Below are positions 1 to 9,987 of a stretch of DNA of 64,000 bases, piece by piece. The notes beneath the pieces are model-generated. The model saw nothing but the letters and a program-made list of their open reading frames with translations. It made no database searches and had not been told where the DNA came from. The first letter of the stretch is position 1. The number at the start of each line of letters is the position of its first letter. The position numbers and the translations under genes were made by a program. This stretch comes from Acidobacteriota bacterium (GTDB lineage Bacteria > Acidobacteriota > Vicinamibacteria > Vicinamibacterales > SCN-69-37), in NCBI GenBank assembly GCA_013203475.1, contig JABMNV010000189.1, positions 19,217-83,216 on the forward strand, read 5' to 3'.

Positions 1-2
1 TC

Positions 3-887
3 GAGGAGCTACGCCCGACCGTTGGGGAGTGCCGGATCGTCTACGTCGACGATGGAAGCGTGGACGCGTCGCCGCGTTTGATGCACGCCCAAGCCGAGCG
101 GGACCCTCGCGTGCGCATCGTCACCTTGTCTCGGAATTTCGGTCATCAGGCCGCGATCATGGCCGGCTTGGCGGCGGCAGAAGGGGCGGCCGTCGTCATC
201 ATGGACGGGGATCTTCAGGATCCGCCAGAGGTGATTCCTGATCTGGTCGAGCGCTGGCGTGCTGGAGCCGTGGTGGTGAAAGCCGAGCGACGGAGTCGTC
301 AGGACCGGGGGTGGCGCAGACTCGCGTTCGGCGTCTTTCACCGCGCGTTTTCCTGGATCAGTGACCTGCCGATGAATGGGGACATCGGCGTCTTCAGCCT
401 GCTCGATCGGCGCGCAGTCGACGAAGTGCTGCTCCTCCCCGAAAGGAACCGGTTTCTGCCCGGGCTGCGGACCTGGATCGGTTTCGATCAGCAGACCGTC
501 CTGTATGACCGGCACGCTCGCGCTGGAGGCAATCCGAAGCAGACGCTGACGCGCCTCGTCAGGTATGCCGCCGACGCGGTCTTCAGTTTTTCCTACAAGC
601 CGCTGCGAGTCATGGTGACTCTGGGGATTGTGATCTGCGCCGTCGGTTTTGTGCTGGCGAGCGTGTACATCAGCAAACGGCTCCTGGGTATCGAAACGGC
701 GCAGACCGGATTCACCACGCTGGTGACGGTCGTCCTGTTTCTCGGCGGCATTCAACTCGTCGCCATCGGACTGCTCGGCGAATACCTCGGCCGAATTTAC
801 GACGAGGTCAAGCGTCGGCCCCTCTACCTTGTCAAAGACGCCGCTCGTCGCGAGCCGTCTCGCAGGGACGAGACGCCGGAGCAATGA
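3..887 (+). CDS. GT2 polyprenol-phosphate glycosyltransferase (GtrB/ArnC-like), 5' end outside window
   Basis: Frame open from base 3 (…IVYVDDGS…); SRNFGHQAA and DGDLQDPP motifs; two C-terminal TM helices; EVKRRPLY tail. Confidence 0.9.
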   Translation, partial: EELRPTVGECRIVYVDDGSVDASPRLMHAQAERDPRVRIVTLSRNFGHQAAIMAGLAAAEGAAVVIMDGDLQDPPEVIPDLVERWRAGAVVVKAERRSRQDRGWRRLAFGVFHRAFSWISDLPMNGDIGVFSLLDRRAVDEVLLLPERNRFLPGLRTWIGFDQQTVLYDRHARAGGNPKQTLTRLVRYAADAVFSFSYKPLRVMVTLGIVICAVGFVLASVYISKRLLGIETAQTGFTTLVTVVLFLGGIQLVAIGLLGEYLGRIYDEVKRRPLYLVKDAARREPSRRDETPEQ

Positions 888-2806
888 CGCTGGCGATCAG
901 GGTGGGCCGCCGGGCCGAGTGGGCGCTCGTCGCCTGCGCGTTGGTGACCTATGCCGCATTGGCGGTTTCAGGCGTGAAGGACAAGAGCAATACGTTCGAC
1001 GAGATCGCTCATCTCACGGCCGGTTACTCCTATTGGACGTTCGGCGACTATCGGCTGCAGCCGGAGAATGGCAACTGGCCACAGCGGCTTGTCGCCGTGC
1101 CGGCGGTACTGCGAGGTGCCACGTTCGCTTCGCGTGATACCGAAGCCTGGCGCGGGTCTGATATCTGGACCGTGGGCGATGAGTTCTTCTTTGATCGCGG
1201 AAACGACATCGATCGATTGCTTCTCGAAGGGCGAGCTCTTGTCGCGCTGCTGGGAATGGCGCTGGGGGGCCTCGTGTTTGCGTGGGCGCGTCGGCTGACA
1301 GGAGCTGCCGGCGCCTGGTTGGCGCTCCTGCTGTTTGTGGCCTCTCCCACGATGCTCGCGCACGGGGCGCTGACCACATCTGACATGGCCGCGGCGCTGG
1401 GATTCCTGGCTGCCGTTGGTGCGCTGTGGCGGGTGCTGCACCGGGTCACGCCCGCGACAGTCCTGATGAGTGCCGTGGCCATGTCGGCATTGCTGCTTGC
1501 CAAGTACTCTGGCGTGTTGATCGCGCCGATCGGCGTCGCGCTGGTGGGAGTTCGCCTGTTTCTGGCGCGGCCACTGATTTGGAGACGGCGGAAAGGTGAC
1601 CCCTGGCGCATCGAGTACGGAATGTCGAGACAGGCCGCCATCATCGCCGCGGTGGCGGCGGCTCACCTGGCGGTGGTGGTCCTGATGATCTGGGCTTCGT
1701 ACGGGTTTCGCTATTCGGCCTTTTCCGGAGCGTCAGCGGGTCAGCATTTTTATGTGGACTGGCCACGGGTGCTGGGCGGGGGCGATAGCCTGATCGCTCA
1801 GGTGGTGGAATGGGCGAGGTCCTGGCGTGCCCTGCCGGAAGCCTATCTGTACGGTTTGAGTCACACGATCACGTTTGCTCAAACCAGAATGTCGTTTCTC
1901 AATGGCGTGGTCAGCAACACCGGAAGCGTGGCGTTTTTCCCATACGCGTTCGCGACAAAATCGACGCTGCCGTTCCTCCTGTTCTGCGCTGCCGGAATCG
2001 CTGTCTGGATTCGGGGATCCGTGTTGCCGCGACAGCGGTACCAGCTCATGCCTCTGCTTGCCCTCCTGGTGGTCTATGGCGGTGCGGCGCTGACGAGTAA
2101 TCTCAATATTGGCCATCGCCACTTGCTGCCCCTCTACCCGGTCTTGATGATCATGGCCGGGGCGTGTGCATGGTGGGTGGCGCGGTCGTCCATCTTGCAC
2201 GGGCGCCGACGGAGCATCGCCGTGGTCGCCGTGGTGGTGCTGGCCGCGTGGCACGTTGGAGAGAGCGCCGCAGTTCGGCCGCACTACCTGACCTACTTCA
2301 ATCAACTGGCTGGCGGGCCTTCACAGGGGTATCGCCACCTGGTCGAGAGCTCACTTGATTGGGGACAGGACCTTCCAGCGCTGAAGGTGTGGCTGGACGA
2401 GCATCGGCAGAGCCGCGAAGAACCAGTGTTTCTGTCCTACTTCGGCACCTCGCGCCCGTTGCATTTTGGCATCGACGTCAACCTGTTGCCTGGGTTCATT
2501 AACCGACGACGCGGGACTGTGGGTGCCCCGTGGACGGCCGGGCTGTACGTGTTTGGGGCCACCATGTTGACTGGCGTCTATTCGCCGACCCGAGGGGAGT
2601 GGACGCCCGCCATGGAGGCGCAGTACCAGGAAGTTCGCCGGATGCCGGCCCAGGCGCAGGCCGAGCTTGGAGACGTGCTTGAGCAGCTCAGCTTCGGTCG
2701 TCTAAGTGCCTTTCTGCGCCGGCGGGATCCAACCGCCCAGGTCGCCAATTCTCTGCTTGTCTTCCGCCTGAGCGCCGAGGACCTTGCCGAAGCCCTGGAT
2801 CGATAG
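884..2806 (+). CDS. GT-C fold membrane glycosyltransferase (ArnT/PMT, GT39-like)
   Basis: TFDE.AH loop after TM1, many TM segments, GHRHLLP and SSLDWGQDL motifs; ATGA overlap with the GT2 gene. Confidence 0.8.
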   Translation: MTLAIRVGRRAEWALVACALVTYAALAVSGVKDKSNTFDEIAHLTAGYSYWTFGDYRLQPENGNWPQRLVAVPAVLRGATFASRDTEAWRGSDIWTVGDEFFFDRGNDIDRLLLEGRALVALLGMALGGLVFAWARRLTGAAGAWLALLLFVASPTMLAHGALTTSDMAAALGFLAAVGALWRVLHRVTPATVLMSAVAMSALLLAKYSGVLIAPIGVALVGVRLFLARPLIWRRRKGDPWRIEYGMSRQAAIIAAVAAAHLAVVVLMIWASYGFRYSAFSGASAGQHFYVDWPRVLGGGDSLIAQVVEWARSWRALPEAYLYGLSHTITFAQTRMSFLNGVVSNTGSVAFFPYAFATKSTLPFLLFCAAGIAVWIRGSVLPRQRYQLMPLLALLVVYGGAALTSNLNIGHRHLLPLYPVLMIMAGACAWWVARSSILHGRRRSIAVVAVVVLAAWHVGESAAVRPHYLTYFNQLAGGPSQGYRHLVESSLDWGQDLPALKVWLDEHRQSREEPVFLSYFGTSRPLHFGIDVNLLPGFINRRRGTVGAPWTAGLYVFGATMLTGVYSPTRGEWTPAMEAQYQEVRRMPAQAQAELGDVLEQLSFGRLSAFLRRRDPTAQVANSLLVFRLSAEDLAEALDR

Positions 2807-2899
2807 GGCCGATACGACCGATCGCCTTATGTTTGACGGGCACTAGCTGTTGGCGCGCCACGGTCTGTGCGCGGTGTCGCGGTGTCGCGGCGTTGGGGC

Positions 2900-3644
2900 C
2901 GCGGGCGGGGCTGTCGGTGCGGCGACACGGTCACGGCACCCAACGCGACTGGAACACGTGATTGGCACGCTCGAGTGCAGGGGTTCGATCTGCATGCGGG
3001 GACTGCGGTCCCGGTTGGGGCGCGCGAGCGGATTCACCGAAGGGCACTTGACTTGACGTAGTGAAATGCCTCGCCGAGAGGGCGAGGCGCGAGGATACTA
3101 CGCCAAGTCAAGTGCCTTCGGGGCTTTGGAGCGTTTGTGTCGGTATGCCTTGCGTCCGGCGGTGGGGCAGCAGCGCCTGCGTATCAGTCCTGATGGGCAG
3201 GTGGTCCTCAAGTTGCGCCGCCGGTGGGCGAACGGGACGACGCACCTGATGTTTGACCCGGTGGAACTGCTCGAACGCCTGGCGGCGCTGGTGCCACGAC
3301 CCCGGATCAATCTGGTGCTCTACCACGGCGTTCTGGCACCGCGCGCCGCCTGGCGCAGTTCGATTGTTCCGGTGCAGACGGCGGACGACCGCAACGAATC
3401 GGGGACGGCGGGCGAGTGCCGGCACGAGCGGGTCGGGCGCCGACCCAACTGGGACTGGGCGGAACTGATGGAGCGCAGCTTTGGGTTCGATGTGCTGGCG
3501 TGTCCGCAGTGCTCGGGGCGGATGACGCTGGTGGCCCTGATCCGGGACCCCGCGGTCGTCGCGCGGATCCTGCGGCATCTGCATTTACCAGACGCGGCGC
3601 CGGTGATGCGTCCTGCGCGCGAGCCGCCGTTGCCCTTGGATTGA
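2900..3644 (+). pseudogene. IS91-family (Y2/HUH rolling-circle) transposase, C-terminal remnant
   Basis: GFDLHAG…RER / LERLCRYALRP…LERLAALVPRPRINLVLYHGVLAP…CPQC motifs; N-terminus missing; interrupted at 3032-3125. Confidence 0.85.
3037..3121. mobile_element. MITE-like palindromic insertion
   Basis: Arms 3037-3062 and 3097-3121 are near-perfect inverted repeats; inner hairpin GCCTCGCC-gagag-GGCGAGGC at 3068-3088. Confidence 0.7.
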
Positions 3645-4472
3645 TCCCGTGTGGGCGAGCAGCGGCTGACGCGAGTCCAGGACAGACACGCTGACGGCCA
3701 ATCCGGTGCCTTCGGGGTGCTGATTGGCCGGAGGTGTGTACGTGGCCTCTCCGGGGCCGAGTCGCAGCCGAGTCGCCTTGCCCGATTGCGCTTGAATTGG
3801 CCGATGGACTATCCTGCCCGTGGATTTTTGGTGCGTGATCCGCGCTTGACTAATGTGCCCCAAGGTCTGATGCAAGGTCTGATAGCGGACGGTATGTCTT
3901 GGAGCAGCCACTTTATATGGCCTATCGGCTCAGCTTCACAAGACCACTGTTGCCGGCGATATTGCGCGGACGGCCATTGAACGGTCCCGGATCTCGGGCG
4001 AATGTCACGTGACCCAACCTTCCTGTTCAGGCCTCGGCTCAGTTCCAGTTTCGAAGGCCGCCATAGCCAGCCGACCGCCGGAGAGTTCGGGGACGCTCTT
4101 GGCGAACACCCGCCTGATGGCCGCGACGATCTCTGTCGGGATGGGTTCACCTGTATCCTCGATGACGGTCCTGAGATAGAAGCTGGGCGCGACGGTCCAA
4201 GTGTTGGTCGGCTGCGGAAAGCCGGCTGGAGCTCGAAGTGCGGCGCGGGCGAACTCACGATAGCAGTTGATCGTCATGCGAGGTCGTGATGTTCATCGTG
4301 AAGGAATGCACCAAGGAGTCATCCGGCACGGCGTCAGGGATGAATGACCGTGACGGAAAACGCGACCGGTCGGAAACCCTGCCGGACAGGTGCGGCGACC
4401 GTGAAGAGTCGTGATGGAAGGCTGACGAAGCAGTGAAAAGACCGACTCCGGATCCTGATGACGTCAATCGAC

Positions 4473-4511
4473 ACCATGAATATCAGACGCTGAATATTCT
4501 ATTTTCATGGT
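4473..4511. promoter_or_regulatory. Nested inverted repeat upstream of the AAA ATPase (probable operator/promoter)
   Basis: ACCATGAA…TTCATGGT with inner AATATCAG-acg-CTGAATATT; AT-rich in a GC-rich background. Confidence 0.55.
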
Positions 4512-4521
4512 ATTGTCGACC

Positions 4522-5700
4522 ATGCTTCTCCGGTCCAAATGGCAGGCGGAGATTCGTGCCGCGCTCAAACGAAGCCGCGTGGTGGCGTTGGTCGGGCCCC
4601 GGCAGTCGGGCAAGACATCGCTCGCCCGAGAGGTCGTAAGCCCGGGCTCACCCAGGTATTTCGACCTTGAGGATCCGGCCAGTCTTGCCCAACTGGACGA
4701 ACCCATGACCGCGCTCGCCCCGTTGCGAGGCATCGTCGTGATCGATGAAATTCAACGACGACCCGATCTGTTCCCGGTGTTGCGCGTGCTGGCTGACCGC
4801 CGTCCCCTTCCCGCGAAGTTCCTCATCCTGGGTAGCGCCAGTCCCGACTTACTCCGCCAGTCGTCGGAGAGTCTGGCGGGACGCATTGAAACCATCACAC
4901 TTGATGGGCTGGGTCTCGACGAGATTGGGCCTGGCACGGCGACCGTACGGCGACGCTGGCGTCGCGGCGGCTTTCCCTTGTCCTATCTCGCCCGATCCGA
5001 AACGGCCAGCGCGGTCTGGCGGCAGCAGTTCATCAGAACGTATCTGGAACGCGACCTGCCACAGCTGGGGATCACGATTTCCGCCACGACACTGACTCGC
5101 TTCTGGACCATGTTGGCGCACTATCACGGTGGGGTGTGGAACGCGGCCGAAGCCGCTCGATCGCTGGGGACATCTGAGCCAACCGCTCGACGGTACCTCG
5201 ACCTGTTGTCCGGGCTCTACCTGATTCGACAACTGCAACCCTGGCACGAGAACTTGAAGAAGCGGCAAGTCAAGTCGCCGAAGGTGTACGTCCGTGACAG
5301 CGGCCTGCTCCATACGTTGCTGGGGCTGGCCGACGAGCCTGCCCTGCAGAGCCATCTCAAGGTGGGCGCGTCCTGGGAGGGGTTTGCGATCGAGGAAGTG
5401 CTTCGAGTCGTGCGACCAGATGCCGCCCATTTTTGGGCGACACATACCGGCGCCGAATTGGATCTGCTGCTGCTGGTTCAGGGGCGTCGCTACGGTGTCG
5501 AGGTCAAGTTTCAAGACGCGCCCACGCTGACTCCGTCGATGCGGATCGCGCTCGACGACCTGCACCTCGAGCGGATCACGGTGCTGTACCCGGGCGATCG
5601 ACAGTACGACCTGCACCGTCAAGTGACGGTGGTACCCATGGCCACACTCGCCGAGCGCGGCAGGCTCGCCGTGCTCCGCCCCCGTCCCGCGTCGCGATAA
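4522..5700 (+). CDS. AAA_14 ATPase with DUF4143 and C-terminal PD-(D/E)xK-like motif
   Basis: Walker A GPRQSGKT, Walker B IDEIQ, KSPKVYVRDSG, ELDLL…VEVK; start could be 4507. Confidence 0.9.
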   Translation: MLLRSKWQAEIRAALKRSRVVALVGPRQSGKTSLAREVVSPGSPRYFDLEDPASLAQLDEPMTALAPLRGIVVIDEIQRRPDLFPVLRVLADRRPLPAKFLILGSASPDLLRQSSESLAGRIETITLDGLGLDEIGPGTATVRRRWRRGGFPLSYLARSETASAVWRQQFIRTYLERDLPQLGITISATTLTRFWTMLAHYHGGVWNAAEAARSLGTSEPTARRYLDLLSGLYLIRQLQPWHENLKKRQVKSPKVYVRDSGLLHTLLGLADEPALQSHLKVGASWEGFAIEEVLRVVRPDAAHFWATHTGAELDLLLLVQGRRYGVEVKFQDAPTLTPSMRIALDDLHLERITVLYPGDRQYDLHRQVTVVPMATLAERGRLAVLRPRPASR

Positions 5701-5759
5701 CGAGTCGGACAGCCGGTCCCATCGTCGAACACCGCCATGGTGCTGCCCATCAGTGCCGG

Positions 5760-5876
5760 CAGACCGAGCGGCCTGAGGAACTCCTCACGCAGCATCTCGC
5801 CGGGGTGAATCATCGGCCCAATCACGCCGGGATCGCGCAGCAAGGGCCGCAGTGATGGGCGATCAGCGATCGTCAT
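5760..5876 (-). pseudogene. HigA antitoxin N-terminal fragment
   Basis: MTIADRP…IHPGEMLREEFLRPLGL, then similarity stops abruptly. Confidence 0.7.
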
Positions 5877-6051
5877 GGCGCCTCGGGCGGTGAGTTCTTC
5901 CTTGAGCTGACGCCCGTTCGTCGTCTCGATAAAGGCCAGGTGCTCATTGACCGTGATCTTTGAATTGGCTTGGTCGGGATACAGCAGCACCTTCAACCCG
6001 ACGGGACCGGAGCGCTCGTCGCGACACTGCAAGAAGACTTAGCACGTCACC

Positions 6052-6060
6052 TGTTATAAT
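6052..6060 (+). promoter_or_regulatory. Extended -10 promoter (TGnTATAAT) of higBA
   Basis: TGTTATAAT ends 7 nt before the GTG at 6068, consistent with a leaderless mRNA. Confidence 0.6.
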
Positions 6061-6067
6061 GGGCTCC

Positions 6068-6361
6068 GTGATACGGTCGTTTGCCAACGCGGCCACCGAG
6101 GACCTTTTCAACGGCGTCGACAGTCGCCGCGCGCGGGCTGCATGCCCTTCGGCGCTGTGGCCGGTCGTGCGACGGAAGTTGACCCAGCTCAACCGGGTCA
6201 GAGACCTTCGGGAACTGTCGGTGCCTCCAGGCAATCGGCTGGAAGCCCTGCGCGGGGACCGGGCAGGACAACACAGCATCCGGGTCAATCAGCAATATCG
6301 CGTGTGTTTTCAATGGGAGGACGGCAATGCGGACGCAGTCGAAGTCACGGACTACCACTAA
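6068..6361 (+). CDS. higB: HigB (RelE-superfamily) toxin
   Basis: MIRSF…PPGNRLEALRGDRAGQHSIRVNQQYRVCFQW…VEVTDYH. Confidence 0.92.
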   Translation: MIRSFANAATEDLFNGVDSRRARAACPSALWPVVRRKLTQLNRVRDLRELSVPPGNRLEALRGDRAGQHSIRVNQQYRVCFQWEDGNADAVEVTDYH

Positions 6362-6701
6362 GGCCAAAACGGCAGCGCCGCCGCTGGTGAGCCGACGATT
6401 GCCGACAGAGGTGCCGCCGACGCATCCGGGAGAGATGCTGCTTGAGGAGTTTCTCAAGCCCCTCGGCGTGACACAGTCGGCGTGTGCGGTGCAGCTTGGC
6501 GTATCGTTCCCGCGACTGAACGAGATCGTACGAGGGAAGCGGAGCGTCACGGCTGACACTGCCCTGCGGCTGGCTCAAGTCACAGGAATGAGTGCAGACT
6601 TCTGGCTCGGCCTGCAACTGGACTGGGACCTCTGGCACGCGCTGCGTTCGGACAGCGCGGCACGTATTGGTGTGCTCGAGCCACTACGTCGCACCGGATG
6701 A
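6327..6701 (+). CDS. higA: HigA antitoxin (XRE HTH)
   Basis: PTHPGEMLLEEFLKPLG…RLNEIVRGKRSVTADTALRL…FWLGLQ. Confidence 0.92.
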   Translation: MRTQSKSRTTTKAKTAAPPLVSRRLPTEVPPTHPGEMLLEEFLKPLGVTQSACAVQLGVSFPRLNEIVRGKRSVTADTALRLAQVTGMSADFWLGLQLDWDLWHALRSDSAARIGVLEPLRRTG

Positions 6702-6798
6702 TCGGCCATTTTCCATCACCGCCCCCATCAGACCGTGCCACTCTCGAATCAGCGAGGCATCCATTCCCGCTTCGAGGGAGACTTGATCCTCCAGGTCG

Positions 6799-6894
6799 AC
6801 CGGGATACCCGCGCGCTTCTGGCTGCACCTGCAGGCGGACTACGACCTCCAGATCGCGCGCGACGCCACGTCGGCGCACCGGCGTCCTCGATAG
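6799..6894 (+). pseudogene. HigA C-terminal fragment
   Basis: Hand translation TGIPARFWLHLQADYDLQIAR…*; matches the C-terminus of the intact HigA. Confidence 0.7.
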
Positions 6895-6990
6895 GTCGTA
6901 GGCATCGTGTCCTTCCCATCGGAACGTGATTCGGTATTGATCATTCACCTCGATCGCATGTCGACCGACCTGGTCACCTTTGAGCGCGTG
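6895..6990 (-). pseudogene. HigB C-terminal fragment
   Basis: HALKGDQVGRHAIEVNDQYRITFRWEGHDAYD, abutting the M28 stop codon. Confidence 0.75.
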
Positions 6991-6992
6991 GA

Positions 6993-8597
6993 CTAGCGCG
7001 TTGGCTTGCGCGGCACGCGCGTCTCGCTCATCGCGGCGTGGTACGCGAACGACGCCATGATGACCGCGTTCTTCATCAGGTCGTCTGGCGGCAGCGTTTC
7101 AATGAAATCGAGATTGGTGTGGCCGCCCGTGCCACCCACGCGATCCTGCAGAAACTGAAAGCCCGGCAGCCCGACGCGATCAAAAGAAATGTGGTCTGTG
7201 CTGCCCACGCCACGCACTGAGACGGCAGTCATACCCAAATCATGGAACGGTGATGTCCAGGCGGTCATCATCTGACGTGCACGCTCGTTGCCTTGCAGGT
7301 AGATGCCGCGGTACTGGCCGGGGCCGTAGTCCTGATTGAAGTACGCCGACAGCTTTTCATATTGCGGCGTGACGCCCGCGGCCGAGGCCGGGTCGCCGAA
7401 GTGCTTCAGCACGTACTCGCGAGAGCCGTTGAGTCCCTGCTCTTCACCGGCCCACAGCGCTGCCCGGATCGTGCGGCGTGGCGTGGCGCCGACTGCCTTG
7501 AGGATACGCATCGCTTCAAGCACAACGGCGACGCCTGACGTGTTGTCGCTGGCGTTCGGACTGGCGTGCCACGTATCGAGGTGCGCGCCGATCATGACGA
7601 CTTCGTCCTTCAGGTCGGTGCCGACAATTTCTCCGGTGATGTTGCTGGCCTGCTCCACCTGTTCGCCCACCCGGTTGCGGATTTCGATCTCGATCGTGAC
7701 CGGAACCTCCCGCTGCCGCAGGCGGTACATCCGGTTGTAGTGCTCAGGTGTGATGGCCACGATTGGTGGAGAGGCGAGTGTCTCAGCGCGAGCCCAGCCG
7801 TCGGCCCCAGCGCCCGGTCGAGCGAAGCCGCGAACCGCGCCAGGCCATCCGCTTGCCGATTGCAGAACAGCGACCACGCCCTCTGCCTTGTAGAACGCCA
7901 TCTGTTCAGCCGCTCGTACCACATCCGGATTCGGGCGGGCCGGTGTGGCTGCCGTCGGAGCCTGCGCTCCTGGTGCCTGCAGCACCGGAGGCATCTCACG
8001 TTCGAGTTCTTTCAACTGATCGTCCGTGTATCGTGCGACCCCCGTGCTGAACCGGTTGCGATCGACGACGGCCGGTGGGGTGGAGAGCACGGAGACACCG
8101 CGGAGGGTGCCCGTGAGTCGAGCCAGATCGGCCCGTGTCCGAATCTCGGCGTTCACCACGCGGCTGGTCTGTTTGCCGTTGGTGCTGGGCGTGTGTGACA
8201 GCGGGTATCCGACCATCGGTTGGTAGTCGGGTTCCATCAAATGCAGCGAGACGTATTCGTTGTCCCACCGGACGCCATAGTCCATGAACGGTTCGATCTC
8301 GACATTATCGAGTCCCGTTTCCCTCATATGCGCCGCCACCCATTGCTGGGCCCGGGCCATGTCATCCGAGAGCGTCAGCCTCGCACCGAGCACGTCTGTG
8401 ATGTACGACACCACATCCATCAATTGCGAGCGCTGCAAACCCTCTTCGCGGATGCGTGCCACCATCGGCCAGTCGACCTTCGGTGCTGTGTCCTGGGCGA
8501 TGACGATGGGAGGCAGGGTGCCTGTGAGGAGGAGGGCGGTGACCAGCCCGGTGATGGAGAGGCGCGGAGCGCGACCGGCAAAACGGATGCGAGACAT
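6993..8597 (-). CDS. Secreted M28 metallopeptidase (carboxypeptidase Q-like)
   Basis: Signal peptide; GAHLD, SDN, GEEQGL, STDH and HTNLD Zn-ligand motifs. Confidence 0.88.
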   Translation of the reverse strand: MSRIRFAGRAPRLSITGLVTALLLTGTLPPIVIAQDTAPKVDWPMVARIREEGLQRSQLMDVVSYITDVLGARLTLSDDMARAQQWVAAHMRETGLDNVEIEPFMDYGVRWDNEYVSLHLMEPDYQPMVGYPLSHTPSTNGKQTSRVVNAEIRTRADLARLTGTLRGVSVLSTPPAVVDRNRFSTGVARYTDDQLKELEREMPPVLQAPGAQAPTAATPARPNPDVVRAAEQMAFYKAEGVVAVLQSASGWPGAVRGFARPGAGADGWARAETLASPPIVAITPEHYNRMYRLRQREVPVTIEIEIRNRVGEQVEQASNITGEIVGTDLKDEVVMIGAHLDTWHASPNASDNTSGVAVVLEAMRILKAVGATPRRTIRAALWAGEEQGLNGSREYVLKHFGDPASAAGVTPQYEKLSAYFNQDYGPGQYRGIYLQGNERARQMMTAWTSPFHDLGMTAVSVRGVGSTDHISFDRVGLPGFQFLQDRVGGTGGHTNLDFIETLPPDDLMKNAVIMASFAYHAAMSETRVPRKPTR

Positions 8598-8719
8598 GGG
8601 TGCATTCTACGGTACCGAGCGCCGCCATGATCGCGCCGTCGCCGTCGCGGCGCTCACAGTCGAGCGAGGTCAGCACGCACCACCAATCTGAAAGCGATCC
8701 AGCAGACACCCTTACGATC

Positions 8720-8788
8720 ATGTCGCACACACTCCACGTCGTGGATGCGTTTACCGAGACGCCGCTCAAAGGAAATCCAGCCGCTGTC
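8720..8788 (+). pseudogene. PhzF-family N-terminal fragment
   Basis: MSHTLHVVDAFTETPLKGNPAAV only. Confidence 0.7.
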
Positions 8789-8812
8789 TCTCTAACCAAG
8801 CGTCCGGAAGAC

Positions 8813-9122
8813 GTGGTGATGGACCTATTCTCGCGCAAGGTGGTGGGCTGGGCCGTCGCGCCAACAATCCGGCGGGAGCTGGTGCTCGATGCCGTGCTGA
8901 AGGCCCGTCAAGCGAGGAACCCGCGCGGCACCCTCATCCACTCGGACCAAGGCTCACAGTTTGGCAGTGACGCCTGGCGGAGGTTCTACCGCACCAATGG
9001 CCTAGAGCCGAGCATGAGTCGCCCGATATTTGGCCACCGATGACATCGCGGGCTACATTGCGTTCTACAATGGCACCAGACGTCACAGCCACCTCAGTGG
9101 GCTGAGTCCAGAGCGGTATGAG
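8813..9122 (+). pseudogene. IS3-family transposase (rve) remnant
   Basis: MDLFSRKVVGW…IHSDQGSQF…SMSR, then an internal deletion to YIAFYNGTRRHSHLSGLSP. Confidence 0.8.
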
Positions 9123-9153
9123 GCGCAGGAGCCGCACCCGGAAGGAGCCAAAT

Positions 9154-9546
9154 ATGACACGTCGACTGTCGACCATCGTCGCCATCGCAGTTGTAGGAAT
9201 CTCGACCTTGCCGTCTCAGGCGGACGCGCAGAATTCGGCGCCGATTCAGCCTTTACCCCTGACGCTTCTTCCCCCGCATACGCGCCAACCGACCGTGCAC
9301 TTTGGTTTGGCGGAGGCACTTAAGACCCTGCCGGCGACTCAGCGGCTCCTCGTCAAGCCGAAACTCAAACACGAAATCCCGTTTGGGCTGACAGGCCAGA
9401 CGGTCGTGGCGCCCGGACCCATCGATTGCGAACTGATCAAACCGCTCAAGCACGAGCGCCTTCTCAAGATTCGAACGATCACGCCACCCTTAGCGACGAA
9501 GCATACGCTCCGGACGATTCCGATACCGCCCTGCCCGTCTCGGTAG
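9154..9546 (+). CDS. Hypothetical secreted protein
   Basis: AAGGAG RBS and signal peptide ending ADA-Q. Confidence 0.55.
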   Translation: MTRRLSTIVAIAVVGISTLPSQADAQNSAPIQPLPLTLLPPHTRQPTVHFGLAEALKTLPATQRLLVKPKLKHEIPFGLTGQTVVAPGPIDCELIKPLKHERLLKIRTITPPLATKHTLRTIPIPPCPSR

Positions 9547-9987
9547 GTCTGGTGCGCGACCTCCGCTAGACCACCACGACGGTGGCGGCCGCTTTGTCGT
9601 GCCAGCCCTGTCGGCGGTCGTCCCAGGTGAGCGAGACGTACGTGAGCAATGTGCCGATCCATCCGATAAAGGGAATCAGGCCGAGCAGCATCGGTAGCGC
9701 CCAGCGGCCGGCTGACTTGCCCCACCCTGGCAACTCCCCATTGTCGGCCCGCGTTACGTGAATTCCCATCGCCATCTTGCCGAGGGTCTGCCCTTTGATG
9801 GCGATCAAGGTGACTTCGTAGGCAATCGACAGGATGACGATCGTGAAGAACGTGGCCACAAACGCACTGACCATCGCCGCCAATCCCAAGTCAGTGCCGG
9901 TCGCTCCGGCCGCGAAGCCGCTACCAAAGCCGAGCATGGCAACCATCATCGATCCGGCCGACAGGATCGCCCAATCAATGATTCTGG

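Noticed and set aside
3977..4277. Minus-strand fragment (PSFYLRTVIEDTGEP…)
   Set aside because: Looks coding but I cannot assign a family or a start
8600..9043. 147-aa ORF as a novel PhzF-integrase fusion
   Set aside because: Both parts are truncated; better explained as a deletion junction
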